Below, piece by piece: positions 46,218-57,564 of a DNA stretch of 64,000 bases. The stretch lies in the NCBI GenBank assembly GCA_000091205.1, contig AP006494.2; one strand, given 5' to 3'. The notes beneath the pieces were generated by a model. The model had not been told where the DNA came from. It searched no databases and was given only the letters and a program-made list of their open reading frames with translations. The position numbers and the translations under genes are program-made. This DNA is from Cyanidioschyzon merolae. Lineage: Eukaryota. The stretch's first letter is position 1. Every line of letters starts with the position of its first letter.

Positions 46218-47370
46218 TTGCGCAGCCTCGGCATTCAAAGTGCAGCAATAGGAAATCGGGGATTCATACGTAGCTTTAAGATGCTCCGACGTCTCGGTGG
46301 AACGGCTTTTTCTCCTCTGTTAAACTGTCATTTCTTCGGTCGTTGGAATCAAGATGATCCACGACGCCTGTTAAGAAGGGTCCGCAAATTGCCCGATATC
46401 ATTATCGACTTCATTCCAAAAAGCTTCCGGTGCTCTCCTTTCCGCACGTATACTATGCTCAAATCCGGAAATCTTCTATTTATCTATGTTTCTGTTTCAG
46501 GGCAGGTCATATGCGTGGCAATTTGCGCCGCTAGATAGACGACGAAAGAGTCAAAGTCGCTTCTCGATGAGTATTTTGACAAGCTTATGCCGAAGGTTTT
46601 CTGAACGTCTCACGACAAATAAACGATCTCAGCCGGATGAGGACTCGTCCTCTTTATGTGGACATAGAACAAACTGCATTCCGTAACAACGTGATATCTT
46701 TCACGAGATATGTTCCTGGGGGCTCTCGTATTTTCTCTCTGCATCAGAAAGGGTCAAGGACTCGGATTTGCATCCTCGCGGCAACCGCTTTTCGTGGAAA
46801 TTCCGTCACCTGTTTGTACGGAGGGAGCGTAGACGAATCGAAATCTCTCGACTTGTTCTCCAGCTTATATCTGCCTTCCGTTGCGTGTTTCGTAATGGAG
46901 GAAATCGCGTTCCGAGACGCTTATTTCGAATGGAGCAATGCACTATTCCGTGCGTAGCGGACAGAGGACTCGTCGAGGGGATCACCTTCAAGAAGCCCGT
47001 TATCATTGGGTACGACATCGGGCGCGGAAACCGAGAAGGTCCTGGCAAGTAGCGCTTCATAGCTGCCATTGGCATACACCGAGCATTGAAGTGGGCCTTC
47101 TGGCATGAAAGGGCAACGCTCAAAACAGGAGAAGCGATGGATGTCCGGGAATGCCTGACCAGAGTCATATCCTGCCGTTGGAAAGGGCACGTCAAGGCAG
47201 CGCACAAAGATGATGGAAATATGAGGTGTAGGGTAAATCACATCTGCCGTCTGCGCATGAAATACGTCGACAACAGCTGGAAGCAGCTAACTCGGGACTG
47301 CAACGCAGCCATCAACATCATTCGGCTGTCGATAACCCAGCTGGAGGGAAACGAGAGACCGACGTATTGA
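46218..47370 (+). pseudogene. 5-prime-truncated Fanzor/TnpB-like fragment, subfamily 2, frameshifted
   Basis: 'KKPVIIGYDIGRGN' at the RuvC-II position. 'CRVNHICRLRMKYVDNSWKQLTRDCNAAINIIRL' at RuvC-III. The upstream ORFs are homologous to the 27 kb and 33 kb fragments. Confidence 0.55.
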
Positions 47371-47695
47371 ACGCCGGATATAACAAAGAGGAAATGAAGC
47401 AGTCTCTGATAAAAGCTGAAAAGGCTGATGTTGGTGACAGTGGGTATGGACTCAAACTTGAGATTGCACGCACGAGTTAGGAAAGTGGACCCGTTCCATT
47501 TTATTCTGGCAAGGATGTAGACAGCTTCGCGCATTATACTTCCAGCGAGATACTGACAAGGCAATGCGGACTACAGGCGACCAGAGCCGCAACCACGCGC
47601 GTCGCGAATACCGCGGGGACTCACTGGCATATAACAAATAGGACAAGGACGCATTTACACATGAGAGAGTGTGCTTCGTTCTGTGCTTGCCGCTT

Positions 47696-49699
47696 TTAAG
47701 CCTTGAAACGACGGCGAGCAAGCGGTCGAATGGGATCCATACCGCGCGTCTGATCAAAGCGTCGTAGCTCGAGGGCACGTTTCGCGTAGGTGTCGGCACG
47801 TTCCTGATTACAGCGACGTCGTTCGAATGCAGCCCATGAATTCCAGATGGCTGGATCCTTGGGAGAAGCGTTCACCGCTCGCGCGTAGTAGTGTTGAGCG
47901 AGGTCGTCGTTACCGAGATCGGCCTCAAACCGCGCGTATGAAGCCCAAAGCCACCCAGCTGAGCGGTCAACTTTGAGGCCACGCTCAAAAAGATTGCGCG
48001 CACTTGTAACGTCACCGCATTTCCATTCCATCAAGGCCCAGCTGTGATACAGAGAAGCAGTGTCTATTGGGTATCGACTCTCACTGTTGGCTGCACTGCA
48101 GCGTTCGATCCCCCTCGAGTAGATGTTGCGAGCAGCGTCTATGCGCATGTCGGCCTGCTCTACCAAACCCAGATACTGGTAGGCGTAGGGGTATCCATCG
48201 TCCACCTCGATAGCCCGGGACAGCAGATTCCGTGCAGTCTTCAGATTTCCCAGACGAAGTTCGAGTTTTGCATATTCGCAATGAAGACGAACATCGCTCG
48301 GGAAGCGTGCCACTGCCTCTGCGTAAACGCGTCTCGCGCTGCGTAAGTTCTTGCACTTTTCTTCGAGGCGTGCATAGGCCTGCCACAGCGCAACGGGGCC
48401 ACCGACGCCGTCAAGCTGGATGTTACTGGGCTGCGGTCGAGCTCGTGCCTCAGCGAGGCCCTTGATGTAGGCTTGTCTCGCCGCACTAATATTACCGAGG
48501 TATTCCTCCATTTGTGCGAGCGAGAGATACGCCTGCATAAACGAGGGATCTGCCGAGATTGCCTTGAGGAACGAAGCCCTTGCCTTGGCCGGATTTCCCT
48601 GCTTAAACTCGAGAACACCTACTGCGTGTAGCAGATGTACATTCTCGTGCTCATTTTCCAGGGCTTTGTCTAAGAGGTTGCGCGCGAACTTGCTCCGTCC
48701 ATATTTGTCTTCAAGGACAGCGAGCGATCTCAGGAGGCGAGTGGAGCTCGGGTCGAGGCGAAGTCCCCGAACGAGCAATTCGTATGCCCGTTGGACGTTG
48801 CCCAGTTCATCCTCCATCATCGCCCAGGAGTTGTATGCAGAGAGAAATTTCGGTTCAACCTCCAGGGTCTGTGCGAAAAGCTTTCGAGCGCGTTCCCAGT
48901 TCCGTAACAACTTTTCGAGGTCTGCTAGGGCCTGGATCAGAAAAGGGTTACCAGGATTGGACTGAATACCTCTGCGAAGCGTATTTCGAGCCTGATCAAA
49001 GTGACGCTGACGCTCCCAGCCACGTGCGAGAAGCATCCAAACCTTCCCTTCTGACGGGCACAGAACAAGCGCTTGTTCATAGCGTGCTACAGCGACCTGC
49101 CAGTGACCAGATCGTTCCGCTGCCAGAGCCTCGCTGACGAGCCGACTCGATTCCAGCTTCCTCGCGACGGTTATACTTTCCCTTGATGGCGCAACAGGCT
49201 GCAGCGTTAACTCCGCTCGCACGAGTGGCTGAGAGCTGGCCGCGGGTCCCGCTTCACCGCTAGCGTCCAAGTCGGGGTGCGCCGCGTCGTTCACCGCTGT
49301 GACGGGACCAGCGGCAAGCAACAGGGAACTGCGCCGGCAGAAACGCCCCAAAATAGGGAAACTAATCTTTCGCCGACACGTTCGAGGAACACAGGAAGCA
49401 GGTGTGAAACCGTTTTCCCCGCCCAGCCCCAGTGCCTTCGACTGCCAGTGTGGACAGCTCCCCTGCCCCGCATCTCGACGTACTAGAGCGTTTATAAAGC
49501 CAAGAGACGAGCTGCTTCGAGAAAAATTCGCATTATCTAGACTACTTGACCGCCCCAAGAATTGGTGCTCGGCAAGAGACATAACGCGTCGCTTCCTCTG
49601 CCTGAAGAGCGAGTTTCGTACCCTGACCTCCAACGACAATAGACGCTTACAGTCAATCCGCTTGGACGCGATTCTACGTTTGTCCACCATATTGTCCAT
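47696..49699 (-). CDS. HAT (half-a-TPR) repeat protein resembling chloroplast RNA-stability/processing factors HCF107 / Mbb1
   Basis: More than ten tandem HAT/TPR-like repeats are present, e.g. 'WMLLARGWERQRHFDQARNTLRRGIQSNPGNPFLIQALADLE', 'LLHAVGVLEFKQGNPAKARASFLKAISADPSFMQAYLSLAQME' and 'WNSWAAFERRRCNQERADTYAKRALE'. The N-terminal approximately 170 aa are non-repeat and presequence-like. The start codon is uncertain. Confidence 0.7.
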   Translation of the reverse strand: MDNMVDKRRIASKRIDCKRLLSLEVRVRNSLFRQRKRRVMSLAEHQFLGRSSSLDNANFSRSSSSLGFINALVRRDAGQGSCPHWQSKALGLGGENGFTPASCVPRTCRRKISFPILGRFCRRSSLLLAAGPVTAVNDAAHPDLDASGEAGPAASSQPLVRAELTLQPVAPSRESITVARKLESSRLVSEALAAERSGHWQVAVARYEQALVLCPSEGKVWMLLARGWERQRHFDQARNTLRRGIQSNPGNPFLIQALADLEKLLRNWERARKLFAQTLEVEPKFLSAYNSWAMMEDELGNVQRAYELLVRGLRLDPSSTRLLRSLAVLEDKYGRSKFARNLLDKALENEHENVHLLHAVGVLEFKQGNPAKARASFLKAISADPSFMQAYLSLAQMEEYLGNISAARQAYIKGLAEARARPQPSNIQLDGVGGPVALWQAYARLEEKCKNLRSARRVYAEAVARFPSDVRLHCEYAKLELRLGNLKTARNLLSRAIEVDDGYPYAYQYLGLVEQADMRIDAARNIYSRGIERCSAANSESRYPIDTASLYHSWALMEWKCGDVTSARNLFERGLKVDRSAGWLWASYARFEADLGNDDLAQHYYARAVNASPKDPAIWNSWAAFERRRCNQERADTYAKRALELRRFDQTRGMDPIRPLARRRFKA

Positions 49700-50085
49700 T
49701 TCATGCCTATTTATCCATCATTTTTCTGGTGATCGGCTAGCGCGCGCCCCCTATGGCATAGCGATCAGAGCAGGTCGCCGCCACTGCCGCCTCCAGCGTG
49801 ATGCAGGCAGCCGCATCACAGCTGCGACTGGAGCATCACCTAAGAATATCAGCAGTGCTGCATTCCCAACTGCGTACACGGAAACGAAGCGACGGTCACC
49901 AATAGTATGCTTGTACACACGATTCGAAGAGGACCACTGCTACAGTCCAATCCAGAGATTGTTCGAGAAGCTGAGAAACAGGCTTTTAAGAAACGTCATA
50001 GGATATTGTGCACCGCTGACGCCCTTAGTGCCCCATTGTAGGTGAGAGCGCCGGTCATGAGCCAGAAAGGATCGTATGCTCTCTA

Positions 50086-51759
50086 ATATTGACTATTTCG
50101 ACACCAGTATCACTCATGAATCGCTCAGCAAAATCATACGCGTTTTCTACAGATATGGCGCATCAACCGTCCGGGAGTGCTGAACAGCACCACGCCTGTC
50201 CCGCCTCTGGATGAGAATCATTCAATCACGCCACGCATGACAGCCGATTCTTCCCAAGTCTGATTCGCCAGCGCTCGGGGACAACGCTCACACGGTATGC
50301 TGAACGATTTTCACATAGTTTCGCGCGACCCAAGCCTGCTGGACGCTTCGGCAGCTCGGCACATCTCCGGATGCTGATAAAGGCGTTGATGTCTCAGAGC
50401 AGCAAAAAAGGATCGCACGCATCGCTCCCGGCAGAAGAATCAATCCGTCACAGTCCGATCGCCTCGCACTGCGGCGTCTGCCATAGTCTGGTAAACTCGG
50501 CTTGCCCCGTTTCGGGCACCCAGCTCACTTCTATGCTCGTCTTTACTCCCTGTTCCAGCGTGCACCAGTGCTCGTGGTGCGCGTGCGTCATCCTAAACGC
50601 GTCGATGGATACCGCACAGAACCGAGACATGCACTCACACTGCGCTCTCGTCCACAGGGCACGAGTGCGGCCTCTGCACACAACAGCACATCCAGCGCTA
50701 TAGGAAGCACCGAAGTGACGCGCATGATCGGTCGCTTCCATTTCGAGCGCACTGCACGAGCAGCTGAATACACGCTGCGTGCCGCCGTACAAAAGCGTCG
50801 TGGACGACGCGAGCGCGGTCCCAGGTACGCCCGCCACCGGTCTCCCGCATGTGGGACTCGGGCCTGCACTGGCTCTCCGAATGAAGCCTACAAAGCGTGA
50901 CCCCCGCCTTGATACGGTGCGGGGCGCATCGAGACGCGCGCTGGCGCCTTCGTGATGCTGGCTCGTAGGCCCTCTGGCACACGTATTGCCCCGCCGCACA
51001 TAGCACCGAGCACTGGAATCGCTGCGCAGCTTGATATGCGTTCTGTGCAGGTCTTTGGATACGTCCCGTCGATGTGGAAGCACCGCGACGGCCACGAGTG
51101 CCTTCGGTGTGAGACCCATGCGCATGCCAAAGGCTCTCTCTCCAACCACGATGAACGCTTCGCCGCGAGTCTCGCTGCTCGATTCAGGGCTCAGACTGGC
51201 AATATGCACGTAGACTGGTATTCCGTCGGTCTCCATGGTACCAGGAACCTGCTTTCCGTTTCCTCACTGTGAGCAGGCAACCCTGAACATGCTTCGTTCG
51301 TGCTCTTAGCAGCGTTGTCCACAGAGACCAGCGGTCGCTCTCTGCGCAGACTATGCAGTACACTGCAAGATTGTCGACCGCGACGCAGAGGAACTCTCGG
51401 CGACGCATATGGTGGCTGTCCCAGGTGGTCGCTAGAGGAGGCTGGGGCGCTCGCATTCGGAGAGCAAGGGCGCTTTTCTCTCGCGGAACCTGTTCATGCT
51501 GAGGCTGTAGCACAAGGTGCGAGGAGGGCACGTACCACGTTTCGACCAACCCGTGGGTACGATGTCCGTCGGTATCAGGCTGCCAGCAATACGATGAGCT
51601 TTGAGGATCGGGATCGACTTGTGCGCTCTCAGTGACGTTTCCTCGGAACTCGCGACCACCTCGATCGCTTTCGGCACCAGAAGCTCCTCATTGACCTTCT
51701 TCGATATGCGAAGCATTCTCTCCATGTGTCCCGACTTTTCTCAACCAGGAACCTGAGGG
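50086..51759. repeat. Segmental duplication B, copy 2
   Basis: See copy 1. The minus-strand ORFs 50448-51236 and 51432-51725 are identical in sequence to those of copy 1, apart from two or three residues. Confidence 0.9.
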
Positions 51760-53525
51760 TCCAACGTCCACGGAGCGCTCCATTTTGACCTTGTCCCGCG
51801 CACGGTTTCGGTTTTCGAGGTTGGTCTGATATTTCTGGGCACGTGCGCTGTAGGTTTTTTTCGATCGCCGACGAGGCATGGCGACGCATGAACATCGACC
51901 GGACAACATGTATGAACAAATCGCGGGTTTGACAGTCAGGCCGTGTTGCATCTTCAGCCACACGCGCCAGTTGCGATGTCGCATGAGAGTTTGACTGAAA
52001 AGCTCTAGTGGAATGTGGATTTCCAGCAGCAGTGCTTCTGGAGCTCCCCAAAAGACACTTGATTTGCGAATTTTGTTCACGCGGGGGAGGCCAGGTAAGC
52101 CTTCTTCGAATGCGAAGCATTTCGAGCCCCGATGGCGCCCTGAATTTTATACTTTGGAAGATTCTCGCAGTTGAAGTTTTATCGTGGGGAGACGCAGAGC
52201 ACGATTTCAGATTTATGTTTCTCCCCCGAACGCTTCCCCTTCACGCTGCTCGTTCTCCTCTGTTCAAGCGGATCTTCCTCTTCTTGCAAGTCGGTATCGT
52301 TTCCCATATTTGACCCTGGGGATACCATGCATAAGGTCGCTATGATCTTCAGCCGTTCCTGTCTTCGGGATTCAGACGCACCTGATGGACGGTGGCACAG
52401 TGGCGCGTCTCTTCTATACATGTATCTGCTATTCCTTACGTACCTTTCCGTCACTGTCTCGGTTGCAGGCGCACCAGCGCAGCGATGCACGCCTCCCTAC
52501 TCCATCCCGCGCACAAACAGTGGAGAACCATGGCAGATCAGCGCTGGCGAAGTTAGGGCATGTCTTAGCGAAGAGCGGTGCCATGAATGTCAACCGCTGG
52601 TCCATTGCTCCATGAGCGAAAACGCGGCGTATAACAGCAGCGAACAGAAATTTTTCTGGATTGAGCGCGGGACCACAGACTGATATGAAGCGGTACTCAA
52701 CTCGAAGCTCAGTCGCGTGCTCTTTTGACGCCTTAGAGCAACGAAAAGCGACGGTGTCTAAAACGAGTATATGCTGCTGGACCATTCTGTCTGTTTGCAT
52801 ACCTGTAGGCAACGAGACGCCTGGATCGCAACCAGGGCTGATGTTTTCTTGATGATCACTAGCGTCTTCTTCACGAACACCGGATTTCCCGCCTTCGAGT
52901 TCCCAAATTCGGGTCTTCCATTTCTCCCGAATGAAGTTTCATCGAGTGAGACGATCGCAGTTCGTTCCTGTGGTCCAAGTTCGCGTTTCTTTACGAAACA
53001 CACAGTGCGTTATTGAACACGCGAAGATCTCCCACAGATACATGCTGTTTTCTTTGTCCAGCTGTTTCTTTCCATCAACATTCTTATCAATGGTACCGAA
53101 AATGTCCAACCTGTGGTTGCAGTGGCAGCATTTCCTAGCATACCTATGGAGTGGCGCAAATTTTCTAAGCGACATCCACGTAGGTAGAGCCTGCGAATAT
53201 CTGGTTTGGCTGCACGACGTTAATAACAAATACTTGAAGACGAGCTGTTCATCAATATTTTAACCGTAGAATGACGATCGTATAGTAGCAAGGCCGTATT
53301 TTGAAAGCTAGACGTGACAAGCCTCCCTCTTTCCATGGCCTTTTTCCAGTGCGCAGGCTACAAACTTCGTCGCGCCGCTTGCACCCGGGCGCAACTAGCG
53401 AGCGGCAGGAACGCGCTCTACACATATTCCCAATCTCGTGGAGCACTGGTGTTCGTTCGTCTGAAAAACCTGCAGTTTCTGTGTACGCACGTGCGCCATT
53501 GTGCCCACTCGCTCGATAGACATAA

Positions 53526-54110
53526 GTGGTCTTTTCCTGTCTTCATCCTCAGCCAGAAATTAGGTTCTTGTTTCACTACCGTCGAAAGCTTCTTTTAAGC
53601 AAAACAGGTAACGCGCGGATGCCACTAGATAACGCGGCGCCGACCGTTCATCAAGTGGATCGCTCCACACGGAAATGGCCACCTGCACCAGGGACTCCCT
53701 TTACAGCACAAGTTTTTGAAGCGATTCGTGACATTCGAGACCCAGAGCACCCAAACACGCTCGAGGAGCTCGCTGTAGTGACTCCCGAGTCCGTTTCGGA
53801 GAGCTCTCGGCGACGGTTTCTTCTGGTATCGTTTACACCAACGGTCCCGCACTGCAGTCTAGCTGCCCTTATTGGTCTTTGCATACGCCAGCGGCTTGTT
53901 GACCTCGGACTTTCGCCGACCTGCGTCTCTGCACTGCCCGAAGTGGGAAAATCGCCGTATGCCCTGCGACTAAAAGTGCTCGTAACGCCCGATACCCATG
54001 TGCATTGGCAAGAAATCACAAAACAGTTGAATGATAAGGAGAGAGTGCTTGCCGCACTCGAAAATGCGCAGCTTAGCTCTATGGTCAGGGGTTGTATGCC
54101 GCTCCCATGA
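53526..54110 (+). CDS. MIP18/FAM96/CIA2 family (DUF59) cytosolic Fe-S assembly protein
   Basis: 'AQVFEAIRDIRDPEHPNTLEELAVV…VSFTPTVPHCSLAALIGLCIRQRL…LVTPDTHVHWQEITKQLNDKERVLAALENAQL' aligns closely with human FAM96B '[24 protein letters not shown]…[24 protein letters not shown]…[32 protein letters not shown]'. The likely start is near 53616 (MPLDNAAP…). Confidence 0.85.
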   Translation: MVFSCLHPQPEIRFLFHYRRKLLLSKTGNARMPLDNAAPTVHQVDRSTRKWPPAPGTPFTAQVFEAIRDIRDPEHPNTLEELAVVTPESVSESSRRRFLLVSFTPTVPHCSLAALIGLCIRQRLVDLGLSPTCVSALPEVGKSPYALRLKVLVTPDTHVHWQEITKQLNDKERVLAALENAQLSSMVRGCMPLP

Positions 54111-54268
54111 ACCGCATTGTCGAAGCCTTTTCCAGGATCCAACGGCCTACTATCGCCGATGCCCGCAAGGGTACAGCAAAGCCGCTCTGCCTCCGTGCGA
54201 ATTCTGCCTCAGTGCTTTCGACGCTGCAGCAGAAGCTGACGATAGGCTCGGATCCCGCAGGATCGTTT

Positions 54269-54296
54269 GAACGAACGAACGAACGAACGAACGAAC
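54269..54296. repeat. (GAAC)7 microsatellite
   Basis: gaacgaacgaacgaacgaacgaacgaac is seen directly. Confidence 0.9.
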
Positions 54297-55699
54297 ATTT
54301 TCAGAGGGAAGTCCGGGTTGTGGCCAGAGGACTTGAGGGAGTTTGGAATATAGTGCCGGTCGTTTCCCTGGTTGCTGTCACCGTCGTGGACTCAGAGATC
54401 CTTGATTAGATACAGCGATCCTGCACCTGTAAAGACTCCAGAGGTCTATGCTTGGGCGCGGAGCGCTCTCGAGTGCAGCCATGGTAGGCAGGCATGCGCT
54501 TGCGCGTTTCTGCGTTGCTCCATTGAAGCGGTACAGATTCCGTTTATGTGTAAGGCAATAGAGATCCACATCTGCAGGCAGCTATAAAGAGTATATGTGG
54601 AATGGTGTCTCTGGGAATAGCAATGGAAACGATTCAGATCCCCGCGCAACGCATACCAAGTTTGCCGACTTGAGCTCTGTTCAAATGTAAAGCATACGCT
54701 GGCATGCGTGCATCATATACAGACTCATCTGCATACGATACACCATGTCTTTCGGTACTCTAGTACAGCAGTTTCGCGAGATCCAAACCTCGGCGTAGGA
54801 ATCAGGTACTTTTCGCAACGCAGTGGATCCAGTGACATATCCAGCGATTCAAGAGCTTATTGGAGGCCGCGCTTTGCGTTCATACCATATGAGGCAGTTT
54901 GCGGTATTTGGTCCCAATCAGGGTATACAACGTGTGACTTGTTTATCATTGCCAGTCCTCGCTGGTGCTGCATCCCCCAAGCGCGATTCTCCGCGATATT
55001 GGCAGGAATGTGAGATTCTTTTCCGTCGAACAATCGCAGCTAGTGCTCGAGTGGATCTCAAAGCGCTATCGGGTGCATTCGGGTTCAGTGCCGTTGCTCG
55101 ACTTGCTAAGAAAAGAAGACGTTGCTTGCTCGAGCTCCATGTAAAAGCACTCTTCTAAGAATTTTCCTTCATTCGAGAAGAAGCGCGTGATATCGCTTGT
55201 CCATACCGTTTCCCTAGGTGCTCGTCCCGAGACGATCATCCTAAATCGAACTCGAAACTCTGTCGCGTACTGTGGCACTCGATCGAAACGAAAAAACAGG
55301 CTCATACGGTCAGAGCGTGGTGGCCGGGACGTCTTGCAACCCCGGAACGACCAGCGTTCAATCCGGAACAGGACGACGAGCCACGCAAATACTGTACATC
55401 CGGTCACCAGCGTCAGAAACAGAATCGATTTACCTTGTTCTGCAAGAAAAGTTTTGTTCGGCGTGATCAAGCCAAGAGCGGTGCCAAGGAGCGCACCACA
55501 GCTTGCAACGGCCACGAGCCACTCTGCAGCTGTGCAAGGCGTAAAACGGTGTTGCGCAACCAGATAGCAGATGATTTCGCGTTCCACGTGTCGACAGAGA
55601 CTGATAAGATCGTCAGGGAAACCAGGAACAGGAGCCATCGACCGGAGGAATCAAATGAGGCGTAACGTAACGCTGCACCAAGAACGGTGCGCGTAGACA

Positions 55700-56170
55700 C
55701 ACAGTGTTTAGTAGAACGATGAACATGCTACGACCACGCAGGGTAAATTGATGTTCAGACGCAGACGCCTCCCCATCTTTTACGACCGGCCACTGGTATC
55801 AGCTTCTGCTTCTCCTTGCGCAATTCGAGCCTAAGAGGTTTCCCCATAAAGTTCGCTCTTTCCAGCTCCGCGGGTCTCATATTCAGTACTGTACATCGTC
55901 TGACAATGACGGCGGCGTTGAGGTTTCGGTTCAGGAACTTTATGTGTTTCTTACATCTATTAGAGCTCTTCATTGCAAGGAGTTCTCGAACTCGTGCCCT
56001 CTGTGCCAGCAAAGTCTCGTCATCATCCTGGCCGGGAAACACCTTTTTTCTCGCCTATCTCCCATCTTCGTCTCCTTCTTCGTCGTAACATACGCTTCTT
56101 CGCTCTATGGTCGGCGAGAGGAGGATACTATTCGTTTGTTTTCCGGCAGCCGGCGATGATGATCCTCTAG
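55700..56170 (-). mobile_element. 3-prime-terminal remnant of Fanzor/TnpB-like element, subfamily 1
   Basis: ORF 55755-56042: 'LLAQRARVRELLAMKSSNRCKKHIKFLNRNLNAAVIVRRCTVLNMRPAELERANFMGKPLRLEL' parallels the C-terminus of the 22.7 kb copy. Confidence 0.55.
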
Positions 56171-56577
56171 GATCCCCGGCTTTCATGTCCAAACCTTTCC
56201 TTTAGATTTTTTATTCTTTAAAAAGAGACATACATCGAACACGTCAGCCATGAACCCCGAAAAGCACCTGACGATATTCACTTGGGAGTGGGACATAGTT
56301 ATCAAAAATATATAGTTTCAGGCGATTCTGTCCGGTTTCTCTGAAAATCGAAGCGCTCTCGAGATTGCGCACGCGGGGCCAATGCTTCGCCGCGCCTGCA
56401 GTGCATGCTCCTGCTGAACGGTCGCTGCAGGGGTCACGAATGCGCCAGCGCAGCCTAATTGGGACACCAAGCCCTAGAGCTCGTTACGTGCATATACAGT
56501 TCTGTCCATAAATGAACAGGAGCTCGCTCGCCGAGCAATAGTCACGCCAAGCGTGACGCGGCGGATACTGTTCTCGA

Positions 56578-57342
56578 ATGCCGGTTAGTGCGCATGATAG
56601 ATTTTGTCGCTGGCGGTGTTTGAACCGTCAACGCATTCAGCGAGGCAGCAGTGCGGCTCTGAACCTTGCACTTTTCATTTACACGGCAACAAACATGCGA
56701 GCTGGCACTGTGACTTTCGTGGCCTCCCTTGGTAGCCTGCGGAATTTCGGGACTTTCGCGGTGGCGGGACCGAAGCAAGCTGCACCGCGGCGGAACTCGA
56801 GCGAGGCCCGTGTGTGGTTGCGACGCTCGCCCTCAGAACGTCGAGTACCCAAGTTTCTCGTACGAGCATCTTCGCAGGAGGATAAAGATACAGGTAAAGC
56901 GGGGGACCGTGGCTCTTTTGGCTCCAACGAGGAGGCAGCGTCTGGTGTCGGGAAACCGCAAGGAAGAAACAACTTGCAGCCGTCACTGGACCTGGGCTTC
57001 AGTTCGGAGTACTTGACCTTCTTGGATAGCGTTGAGCTTCCGGAATCGTTTCCGAGTTATTCACACTGGTTAAACCTGCCGAAGGGGAGACCGGAATGCG
57101 AGCAATGCCGCGGAGCAGGCGAAATTTTATGCCCGGTGTGTGAGGGCAAGGGTTACTACGCTCTTGAGATTCTCGGCACCGTAAGTGCTGGACAGTGCGG
57201 CATGTGCCGCGGTACGAAGAAATGTCCGTGTCCGACATGTAAGGAGCATATCTATCTCGCGATGAGCGACCACGGGGCATTTTCGCGCAAAGGCAGTGAG
57301 ACAAGCACTGACGAACAGGTCAGCCGTTTCGGTGTCTCCTGA
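56578..57342 (+). CDS. DnaJ-type zinc-finger (CxxCxGxG repeats) protein, BSD2/plastid-chaperone-like, with N-terminal targeting-like region
   Basis: 'CEQCRGAGEILCPVCEGKGYYALEILGTVSAGQCGMCRGTKKCPCPTC' has four CxxC(xG) units, as in the DnaJ zinc-finger domain. The upstream part 'MRAGTVTFVASLGSLRNFGTFAVAGPKQAAPRR' is transit-peptide-like. The start codon is uncertain (possibly 56696). Confidence 0.6.
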   Translation: MPVSAHDRFCRWRCLNRQRIQRGSSAALNLALFIYTATNMRAGTVTFVASLGSLRNFGTFAVAGPKQAAPRRNSSEARVWLRRSPSERRVPKFLVRASSQEDKDTGKAGDRGSFGSNEEAASGVGKPQGRNNLQPSLDLGFSSEYLTFLDSVELPESFPSYSHWLNLPKGRPECEQCRGAGEILCPVCEGKGYYALEILGTVSAGQCGMCRGTKKCPCPTCKEHIYLAMSDHGAFSRKGSETSTDEQVSRFGVS

Positions 57343-57564
57343 TATTCGCAACTAGCCACAACGGGAACCAATGCTGCTTTACGATGCTAAGGAACGTGGG
57401 TGACGAGATGAACAGCAGTTTAGTCCCTATACAATGGAAGTCGAGCCTGCTCAGCGCTACTGAATGGCACAGTATCTTTAGACGGAGACAGCTCGGAGTT
57501 CAGGAGGCTCACTTACTCAGCTGCCACCTGGTGCCCCCCCCCCGTGATGGTTGCTCGAATGCTT

